The translations under genes and the position numbers were made by a program. The notes beneath the pieces were generated by a model. That model saw only the letters and a program-made list of their open reading frames with translations, did no database searches and was not told the origin of the DNA. From assembly GCA_937879825.1 (NCBI GenBank), contig CALFMQ010000252.1:1-35595 (forward strand): 35,595 bases of DNA. Reading direction: 5' to 3'. Source of the DNA: an uncultured Phycisphaerales bacterium (lineage in GTDB: Bacteria; Planctomycetota; Phycisphaerae; Phycisphaerales; UBA1924). Positions 18,609 through 25,817 of this stretch are shown piece after piece (positions within the stretch are counted from its first letter, which is position 1; every line of letters starts with the position of its first letter).

Positions 18609-19373
18609 TCAGCCCATGAGGCCCTCCTGCTCTGCCCGACGCGCCTGTTCCTCGCGGTGATACAGCTCCGCGATGGCTTCGTCGAACATGGCGTCGTCTG
18701 CCTTGTTCGGACTTAGCGCCAGTCCGTTTCGCTCTGCCTCGGCTTGTTCGTCGGTGGTGAAGGAATAGGTGGCCACCACCTCGGCCAGACGGCGGCGGAG
18801 AAGATCGCGGACCTTGGTCAGGCGTCGGGAGACGGTCGGCTCGGAAGTGCCCACGGACTCGGCGACATCCTTGCCGGACATGCCGTCGAACACGCGCATC
18901 CGATAAATTGTGAACTCGGTGAACTCGCACTCTCGCTCGACCATTCGGACGGCGGCGTAGACCTTGGCGCGGAAGACCTCGGCCTCGTACTTGCCGTCGG
19001 GCGTGGTGCCCTCGCCGGCGCCCATCCAGGTCTCGTCGAACTCTGAGCCGCGTTTGCCGCCGCCTCGTTTGAGGGCCATGCGCTTGTCGATCTCGTCGCC
19101 CAGCGTGTGCTTGGCGATGGCGAGGAGCCATGTGGAGAAGCGTGCGCCGCGGGCGGGGTCGTAGCGTTCAATCGAGTCCGAGAGTGCTGCGAGGGTTTCC
19201 TGCGAGAGGTCGCGGACGGTTTCGGGTCCGATTCGCCCTTTGCCCCAGCGGGCGAGTTGGGCGCGGAGGACCGGGCCGAACACTTCCCAGAGTTCGAACC
19301 ATGCGGCGGGATCGCGCGCCCGCAGGCGGTTGACGAACGAGGTGGTCATCGAGTTCAGCATGGTCGGCCCCAC
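18609..19373 (-). CDS. ECF-type RNA polymerase sigma-70 factor (kinase-associated class)
   Basis: Sigma-2 region DLSQETLAAL...FSTWLLAIAKH and sigma-4 HTH GMSGKDVAESVGTSEPTVSRRLTKVRDLLRRRL. There is a ~55-aa C-terminal extension. The start is ambiguous (GTG 19373, ATG 19361 or ATG 19349). Confidence 0.85.
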   Translation of the reverse strand: MGPTMLNSMTTSFVNRLRARDPAAWFELWEVFGPVLRAQLARWGKGRIGPETVRDLSQETLAALSDSIERYDPARGARFSTWLLAIAKHTLGDEIDKRMALKRGGGKRGSEFDETWMGAGEGTTPDGKYEAEVFRAKVYAAVRMVERECEFTEFTIYRMRVFDGMSGKDVAESVGTSEPTVSRRLTKVRDLLRRRLAEVVATYSFTTDEQAEAERNGLALSPNKADDAMFDEAIAELYHREEQARRAEQEGLMG

Positions 19374-19598
19374 ATCAAGGCGTGTGCGGCACCCGCCTCA
19401 GGGGCCGCGAAAACACCTTTACCCCTACCAGCATACGCCCAGATAGGGGTCTGGCATGACCTGAAAGGGAATCTTTGGGACTCGGAAGAAAGGGGTGAAA
19501 GGGGAACGGGCGTCTGCCCAATGACCCCTGATGACACGAATGTCCGTAATGCGGTTCGGCGGCCGCCTTGAAGTCCGCCGGGAAGGAGCGACAGGAAA

Positions 19599-20558
19599 AT
19601 GTGCATCGGTAAGACACTCGTCCGCCTGGCCGTGATCGCTGGCGTTGTTGGCGGGGTGGGGCTCCTTGCTGCCCAAAGCCCCCGCGCCCGTGCTCTCATG
19701 CACCAGGCCCATCAGTCGGTTTCCAACAAGATCGATCGCGTGATCGATGATCCGGTGGCGCTGCGTGCGCAGCTGCGTGAACTGGAGATGAAGTACCCGC
19801 AGCGGATCGCCTCGGTGCGTTCCGACCTCGCGGAAGTGACGGCGCAGGTCTCGGAGCTCGAGCACGAGATGCAGGTTGCGTCGAAGGTTGTCGAGCTCGC
19901 GGCGGCGGACCTCGAGGGTCTGCGCCCGATGCTCGCCAAGGCCGAGGCGGCCCGCGTGAGCAATGTCGCGTCGGTCATCAATATCCGGTACGAGGGCAAC
20001 ACGATGTCCTACGAGCAGGCGCTCAACAAGGCGGCGCACGCCGGCAATACGGTCGGCGCGTACCAGTCGCGTGCTGAGGAGGCGTCGCGGAACATCGGCT
20101 TCCTGAAGGACCAGGAGTCGCGCCTTACCGAGATCCTGGCTCAGCTGGAGAGCGAGCAGTCTGATCTTCAGGCGCAGATCTGGCAGCTGGACGGGCAGAT
20201 CGAGATGATCGATCGCAATGACAAGCTGATTGACTTGATCGAGAGCCGCGAGAACGCGATCGCCAAGCACGAGCGGTATGAAGCGGAGAGTCTGGACCAG
20301 GTGAAGAATCGGATGGAGCGCATCCGCAACGAGCAGACGCAGCGTCTTGAGGCGCTGGCCAACCGCTCGAAGCAGCGCAACTACGAGGACACCGCCAACT
20401 CGATGCTGCAGTCGGAGCAGGTGAGCAAGAGTCTGTACGAGCGTTCGCTCAAGACCTTGCCTCCGGCGACGCCCTCGGCGATCGAGATCACTCCGGACAG
20501 CGTTGATGATGATGCGCACGAGACGGTCGCGCTGAGCAAGCCGGTGATCATCGACTGA
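19599..20558 (+). CDS. N-terminally membrane-anchored coiled-coil protein (hypothetical; loosely PspA/IM30-like)
   Basis: GGAAGGAG RBS, one N-terminal hydrophobic helix, then ~250 aa of heptad-like Glu/Gln/Leu/Arg-rich sequence. GC3 bias supports this frame over the 406-aa antisense ORF. Confidence 0.65.
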   Translation: MCIGKTLVRLAVIAGVVGGVGLLAAQSPRARALMHQAHQSVSNKIDRVIDDPVALRAQLRELEMKYPQRIASVRSDLAEVTAQVSELEHEMQVASKVVELAAADLEGLRPMLAKAEAARVSNVASVINIRYEGNTMSYEQALNKAAHAGNTVGAYQSRAEEASRNIGFLKDQESRLTEILAQLESEQSDLQAQIWQLDGQIEMIDRNDKLIDLIESRENAIAKHERYEAESLDQVKNRMERIRNEQTQRLEALANRSKQRNYEDTANSMLQSEQVSKSLYERSLKTLPPATPSAIEITPDSVDDDAHETVALSKPVIID

Positions 20559-20629
20559 TCGTTGATTGATCGACAACACGCACGCATCGTCGGGAAACCA
20601 TTCTCCGGGGACTCGACGAGGCACCATCC

Positions 20630-20672
20630 GCCGCCGATCGCACACACCCCCGCGATCGGCGGCTGTGTTTTT
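20630..20672 (+). terminator. Intrinsic terminator after the coiled-coil gene
   Basis: Perfect 12-bp stem GCCGCCGATCGC / GCGATCGGCGGC with a 10-nt loop, followed by TGTGTTTTT. Confidence 0.75.
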
Positions 20673-20696
20673 GATTGACCACAGAGCACGCAGAGA

Positions 20697-21404
20697 TCAC
20701 AGAGAAGTAACAGGGCTGGCAAGCCCGCATTCGGGACAAGTTACGAGACCCGCGAGGTCGTAGGCGCAGGCGTGGCAGAGGCCCTTTCGCGACCTGCGGT
20801 ATCGGCGAGCAGCGGTGAGGCCGAAGAGACTGGTGAACAGGATGGTTGCGTAGAAGAGTGTGTTGATGGTGAAGCCCAAGGGGATGGGGAGCAGCGGCAA
20901 GACCTTCCAATCACGAAAGAGGCCGATTCTCCTGAGAGGTTCCACCGACAGGTATCCGAATCGCTCTTGCGGCTGATCGCGCTTCGAGCGCAGATACAAA
21001 GACCAGGTCCGCATCGAGCGTGCCGGGAGCCCGAACTCAGTGATATTCACATGATGGCTGTGCGACCCGTTGCGTGGTCGCATCACTGGAGGGCCGACGC
21101 TTGAAATGTTGTACCAAATGACTTCCTGATCTCCGCCGTCGATCATGATGAGACTGACACCCCCGGTGGTTGCGGTATTGATGGTCGTTGCTTGAGACCA
21201 GTCTGGATGAGCCGCAATCCTCCAACTCGAAGCGGGTTTCGCCTTGTGGAACATCGTGTTGGTATCGATCATCGGAATCGCTGCAAGCGTCCACGCGACG
21301 GCGACATTGACGATGGCGCCGAGCAGGAGGCACAGCGCGATGCGGCGGGCGGGTTTGTTGCGGATGATCGACACCGTGGCGGCTCCGATGGCGTCGGTAG
21401 TCAT
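20697..21404 (-). CDS. Two-TM membrane protein with a cytoplasmic C-terminal zinc-ribbon (CHACAYDLAGLVTCPECG)
   Basis: N-terminal TM (IALCLLLGAIVNVAVAWTLAAI), a ~150-aa middle domain, a second TM, a basic stretch RRYRRSRKG and then a CxxC-x10-CxxC motif. Confidence 0.65.
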   Translation of the reverse strand: MTTDAIGAATVSIIRNKPARRIALCLLLGAIVNVAVAWTLAAIPMIDTNTMFHKAKPASSWRIAAHPDWSQATTINTATTGGVSLIMIDGGDQEVIWYNISSVGPPVMRPRNGSHSHHVNITEFGLPARSMRTWSLYLRSKRDQPQERFGYLSVEPLRRIGLFRDWKVLPLLPIPLGFTINTLFYATILFTSLFGLTAARRYRRSRKGLCHACAYDLAGLVTCPECGLASPVTSL

Positions 21405-21437
21405 CGGCGGTTCCGCGAGCAGTGGTCGAGAATCCGC

Positions 21438-22232
21438 TCAGGTGCGCGTGGCGACGAGTTCCGGAGCGGCGGGGCGGGGCACAATCAGTTTGGCGCTGGT
21501 GCCGCTCACATCGAACCGGACGACGATGTGGCGGGCGCCGGCGGGGGAGAAGCGGTGCCCGCCCAGTGGGATCAGATTGCGGGTCGTCTGGCCCGTGCGG
21601 GCGAGGGTGAGCGCGGAGCGGCGCTCGAACCAGCCGATTTCGAAACGCTCGGTGTCGCCGGGACCCCACGCGTACTGGCCGAAATACTGCTCAGCATCGG
21701 CGCGATCCATTACGAAGGGGTCGTCGCGTTTGAGCCCCTTGGACTCGAGATACTCCATTACGCGCTCGGCGTCGCCGGCGCGGGCATGGTCGTAGAGTGA
21801 GATGGAGTGCGGGCCTTCGAGCGCATCGGCATTCTGGGTGTTCTCAAGGACGGCGCGGACGGCATCGATCTCGTCGAGCGTCGCTAGGGTGAAAAGTGTC
21901 GGGCGGGCGCCGTGGGCGATGAGGAGTTCGATGATGTCCTTTCGGCCTGTGTGGGAGCAAGCGCCGATGGCGTTCTCCCAATCGCCGAAGCCCCAGTCCC
22001 ACGATGCCTTGGCGAGTCCGGCGTCCTCGGCGAGCATCTCCCGGACGCGGTCGATGCGGACATGGCACGCGCCGACGAACTCCTCGGCGCGATCCGCGGG
22101 CGTGGTCGGAAATGTGTCGGCGAGGGTGGGGGCGTTGTCCTGGTCGGCTTCGCCGGAAGCGAGTGCGCTCGCTGCGATACACGATGCGGGCGCGACGGCG
22201 AGGAAGCGGCGGCGATTCAAGGCGTGAGTCAT
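21438..22232 (-). CDS. Tat-signal ankyrin-repeat protein
   Basis: MTHALNRRRFLAVAPASCIAASALA matches the twin-arginine RRxFL motif plus an h-region and AxA cleavage site. Ankyrin-like units are GRKDIIELLIAHGARP and AGDAERVMEYLESKG. Start at ATG 22232. Confidence 0.6.
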   Translation of the reverse strand: MTHALNRRRFLAVAPASCIAASALASGEADQDNAPTLADTFPTTPADRAEEFVGACHVRIDRVREMLAEDAGLAKASWDWGFGDWENAIGACSHTGRKDIIELLIAHGARPTLFTLATLDEIDAVRAVLENTQNADALEGPHSISLYDHARAGDAERVMEYLESKGLKRDDPFVMDRADAEQYFGQYAWGPGDTERFEIGWFERRSALTLARTGQTTRNLIPLGGHRFSPAGARHIVVRFDVSGTSAKLIVPRPAAPELVATRT

Positions 22233-22278
22233 CAGGGTTCTCCCGGAAGGTGCGATGTCCCTGGTCGCAGATGTCGCG

Positions 22279-23817
22279 TCATTCGGCGAGCATTTCAAGA
22301 ATCATTTCGCGGGCGGCCTTGGCGTCGGCCTTGCCGGCGGAGGCCTTCATGATCGCGCCGATGAGGCGGCCAATGGCCTGCTGCTTGCCCGCGCGGAGGT
22401 CCTCGATGCTCGATGCGTTGGCGGGGTCGTCGATGGCGCTCCGGCACCAGGCGCGGAGGGCGCCCTCGTCGCGGACCTGGATGAGGCCCAGCCGTTCGGC
22501 GGCGGCGCGGAGTTCCTCACCCCCGCCACTCTCGATTGAGGCGAGGAAAAGCGGTTCGATCGCGCCGGAGCCGATATCGCCCGCGTCGCGCATCTGGGCG
22601 ATTGCGGCGATGTGTTCGGCGGAGACGCCAAGCGCTGCTGCGGTGGTGCCCCGTTCCTTGGCGAGTTTCATGCCGGTCTGGAGGAGGAGGTTCGCGACAG
22701 TCTTGGCGTGATCGATGCCCGCGATGTTGATCGCGGCATCGAAGAGGTCGGCGGTGTCGGGGTCGTCGATGAGTGTTTCGCACTCGCGGGCGTCGAGTTT
22801 GTAGGACGAGGCCCAGCGCCCGGTGCGTTCGTGCGGCAGTTCGCTCACTGTGGCACGGACGCGCTCCTGCCATTCGGCGTCGATCTCGATGGCGAGGAGA
22901 TCGGGGTCGGGGAAGTAGCGGTAATCGTTGGCTTCTTCCTTTTCGCGCTGGAGCGTGGTCTGCCCCCCTGCTCCTAGATTTTCGTTCCACCCGCGGGTGG
23001 TTTTCGTTCCTGGTGCGAAGGTGATGCCAGACTCGGCCCAGCGCTTCGGTTGCTCCCGGAGCTCGTATTCGATCGCGCCTTGGACGGCGCGGAAGGAGTT
23101 GAGGTTCTTGACTTCTGTGATGGGCGTGCGGACTGCGGAGCCGTCGGCGAGGGTGATTTCGCAGTTGATGTTGGGCTCGAAGCGGATGTGCCCCTTCTGC
23201 ATGATGCAGTGGGAGACGCGGAGGTGGCGGCAGACATTGCGGAGGAGGCGCGCAAAGTTGACGACCTGCTCGGCTGCATTGAAGTCGGGCGCGGTGACGA
23301 TCTCGAGGAGCGGTGTGCCGGCGCGGTTGAGATCGACGATTGAGAAGTCGATCTGAGTGCCGCCCGGAAGTTCATGGAGGAGTTTGCCGGCGTCCTCTTC
23401 GAGGTGGGCGCGTTCGATGCGGACGGTGTGGTTTGAGCCGTCGGCGTTGATGGGCCAGTTCGTGGTGCCGGGGCCGCAGACGGGGTCGGCGTATTGCGAG
23501 ATCTGGTAGCCCTTGGGGAGGTCGGGGTAGAAGTAGTTCTTGCGGTCCCAGCGAGAGACCGACGCGATCTGGCACCCGAGCGCCATGCCGACGCGCATCG
23601 ATAGTTCGATGGCCCTTCGGTTGATGACGGGGAGCGCACCGGGGAGGGCGAGGACGACGGCGTCGGTGAGCGTGTTGGGATCGGCGCTGTCGAAATCATC
23701 GTGCGCCGGGTTGGGAGCGTCAGCGAAGAGTTTGCGCCGCGTCGCGAGTTCGACATGGATCTCCAGCCCGATGATGGGCCGGACAGAGGCGATGTCGGGC
23801 ATGGCGGTCACGCTCAT
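22279..23817 (-). CDS. gatB: Asp/Glu-tRNA(Asn/Gln) amidotransferase subunit B
   Basis: N-terminus IGLEIHVELATRRKLF, NRAGTPLLEIVT, and a C-terminal GatB/YqeY-type helical domain. The start is at MSVTAM (ATG 23817). gatA and gatC are not in the window. Confidence 0.92.
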   Translation of the reverse strand: MSVTAMPDIASVRPIIGLEIHVELATRRKLFADAPNPAHDDFDSADPNTLTDAVVLALPGALPVINRRAIELSMRVGMALGCQIASVSRWDRKNYFYPDLPKGYQISQYADPVCGPGTTNWPINADGSNHTVRIERAHLEEDAGKLLHELPGGTQIDFSIVDLNRAGTPLLEIVTAPDFNAAEQVVNFARLLRNVCRHLRVSHCIMQKGHIRFEPNINCEITLADGSAVRTPITEVKNLNSFRAVQGAIEYELREQPKRWAESGITFAPGTKTTRGWNENLGAGGQTTLQREKEEANDYRYFPDPDLLAIEIDAEWQERVRATVSELPHERTGRWASSYKLDARECETLIDDPDTADLFDAAINIAGIDHAKTVANLLLQTGMKLAKERGTTAAALGVSAEHIAAIAQMRDAGDIGSGAIEPLFLASIESGGGEELRAAAERLGLIQVRDEGALRAWCRSAIDDPANASSIEDLRAGKQQAIGRLIGAIMKASAGKADAKAAREMILEMLAE

Positions 23818-23853
23818 GGGGTCATGGTATCGGGGTGGGCGTACAATCGGGGC

Positions 23854-25167
23854 ATGAGCCGACGGGTCGTGATTACCGGATTGGGCGTTGTCTCGCCGAT
23901 GGGCGTGGGCATCGATGCGCTGTGGGAGGGGTTGTGCGCGGGGCGGTGCGCGATCGGTCCGATGACGCGGATCGATGCCTCGGGGTTTGCGTGCAAGCAC
24001 GCGGCGGAGGCAAAGGAGTTCTCATCGGCGAGGGATTATGTACCCAAGAACTATCGTAAGGCCGTGAAAGTGATGGCGCGGGACACGGAGATCGCGGTGG
24101 CCGCTGCGAAGCTCGCGACCGAGGATGCGGGGATCGTGACGAAGGGGTACGCGGAGGAGCATGCGGCGCTGACCTATGAGCCGGGGCGGCTCGGGTGCCA
24201 GATCGGGGCGGGGTTGATCAACGCGGAGGTGCCGGAGTTGTCGGCGGCGCTGTCCACGGCAACGGATGGTGCCGGTGCGTTCTCGCTCGCGAAGTGGGGC
24301 GAGTCGGCGGTCAACAATCTGACGCCGCTCTGGATGCTGAAGTACCTACCGAACATGCTGGCGTGCCATGTGACGATCATCCACGATGCACGCGGGCCTT
24401 CGAACACGCTGACCTGTTCCGAGGCGAGCGGATTGCTCTCGATCGGTGAGTCGATGCGGGTGATCGAGCAGGGGCGGGCGGACGCGTGCTTCGCGGGTGG
24501 CGCGGAGTCGAAGCTCAACCACATGGGAGTGCTGCGGATGCAGCTCTCGGGCCGTGCGGCGCAGACGGAGAGCGGCGAGGACGGCGCCTCGATCGTGAGG
24601 CCGTTTGACAGGGATGCTCGCGGGCTGGTGATCGGCGAGGGGGGCGGGATCGTGATGCTTGAGTCTGAGGAGACCGCCACGGCGCGCGGCGCTCGGTCGT
24701 ATGCGCGCGTGCTCGGATTCGGTGCGGGGCAGTCGCCGAGCCGGGGCGACGCCGCGCGGCGGGCCGAGGGGATGGTGGTCGCGATTCGATCGGCGCTGCG
24801 GGACGGGGATGTCGAAGCCGCCGAGATTGATGCGATCGTGCCCCACGGCGCCGGCGTTCTGAGGGATGACGAGGCGGAACTGGCGGCGCTGCGTGACGTG
24901 TTCGGTGATCGTCTGGCGTCGATACCGTTGATGCTGATGTCGCCGATGGTGGGCGAACTATCGGCCGGTGCCGGGGGTGTTGCGGTTGCGGCTGCGGCGA
25001 TGGCGCTCCGGCATCAGATGGTGCCGGCGCGGGTGCACGGCGGTTCGCCCGATGCGCGTGTCCTGGGTGGGCGAGCGGAGAAGCGGCCTGCAAAGCTCCG
25101 GCGGATTCTCGTGGTAACGAACTCGCTCGGCGGGCAGAACGCGGCGCTGGTGCTCTCGTCTGATTGA
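23854..25167 (+). CDS. Beta-ketoacyl synthase-like protein lacking the catalytic Cys and one catalytic His (CLF/KS-beta-like)
   Basis: KAS I/II fold motifs VVITGLGVVSPMG and GGAES are present. Aligned by eye to E. coli FabF, RGPSNTLTCSEASGLLSIG has Glu190 where FabF has Cys163. HGAG retains the first His. VGELSAGAG has Glu368 where FabF has His340, and the Lys335 position is Ser. Confidence 0.8.
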   Translation: MSRRVVITGLGVVSPMGVGIDALWEGLCAGRCAIGPMTRIDASGFACKHAAEAKEFSSARDYVPKNYRKAVKVMARDTEIAVAAAKLATEDAGIVTKGYAEEHAALTYEPGRLGCQIGAGLINAEVPELSAALSTATDGAGAFSLAKWGESAVNNLTPLWMLKYLPNMLACHVTIIHDARGPSNTLTCSEASGLLSIGESMRVIEQGRADACFAGGAESKLNHMGVLRMQLSGRAAQTESGEDGASIVRPFDRDARGLVIGEGGGIVMLESEETATARGARSYARVLGFGAGQSPSRGDAARRAEGMVVAIRSALRDGDVEAAEIDAIVPHGAGVLRDDEAELAALRDVFGDRLASIPLMLMSPMVGELSAGAGGVAVAAAAMALRHQMVPARVHGGSPDARVLGGRAEKRPAKLRRILVVTNSLGGQNAALVLSSD

Positions 25168-25280
25168 GGCTGAACCGGGGCGCAGAGGCCGCGGCGGGGG
25201 TTGCACGGGGGAGCGGGTGTGCGGGTATTGTGATGGGGCGTTCGGGACCCACTTCAACCACTACCGACGAGGAGCACCTC

Positions 25281-25796
25281 ATGGCGACCACCCACCATCA
25301 ACGCGGCGGATCGCGCCCTACTCTCCGCAACGAGGATCTTGACCCGGCGATTACCGAGGTCTCGCGCAAAGTGATCGGGTGCGCGATCGAGGTTCATACG
25401 GCGATCGGGCCGGGATTCGACCAGTCGGTCTATGAGAACGCGCTTTCTGCGGCTCTGAAGCGTGACGGCGTGGCGCACTCCGTCGGTCACGAGTTCCCGG
25501 TGCAGTTTGCGGGGCAGCGGGTCGGGTCGTCGCGGGCATCGATGTTCGTCGACGACAAGTTCATCGTGTCGGTGGTGGCCGATGAACGCGAGGTCTCGGG
25601 CTTCGCACGCTCGGCGCTGCGGGCGCAGCTCCGGTGCGCGGATCTGGGGCTGGGCCTCATCATCAACTTCCATCGCCGTCGCCTGAAGGACGGCGGGCTG
25701 GTCCGCGTGTTGAACCCCGACAAGATCGAGTCGATCCGGGGAGATCATGGGGACCACGGCGATTACGACGACTACGATGACGACGATCACGATTGA
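25281..25796 (+). CDS. GxxExxY-family protein (PD-(D/E)XK-like) with an acidic/His tail
   Basis: IGCAIEVHTAIGPGFDQSVYENAL corresponds to the family signature, with Gln at the Glu position. The block LGLIINF...GLVRV follows. The tail is GDHGDHGDYDDYDDDDHD. GAGGAG lies 6 nt upstream of ATG 25281. Confidence 0.7.
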   Translation: MATTHHQRGGSRPTLRNEDLDPAITEVSRKVIGCAIEVHTAIGPGFDQSVYENALSAALKRDGVAHSVGHEFPVQFAGQRVGSSRASMFVDDKFIVSVVADEREVSGFARSALRAQLRCADLGLGLIINFHRRRLKDGGLVRVLNPDKIESIRGDHGDHGDYDDYDDDDHD

Positions 25797-25817
25797 TCGG
25801 GAGTCGAGGTCGGTGTC

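Noticed and set aside
19374-19598. GGAAC sequences in the sigma/coiled-coil intergenic region considered as an autoregulated ECF -35 box
   Set aside because: I found no convincing CGT-type -10 element at 16-17 nt spacing on either strand, so I cannot support a promoter call by eye.
19425-20645. 406-aa minus-strand ORF antisense to the coiled-coil gene
   Set aside because: The plus frame has strong GC3 bias, an RBS and a downstream intrinsic terminator. The antisense translation is Arg/Leu/Asp-rich, mirroring the coiled-coil codons.
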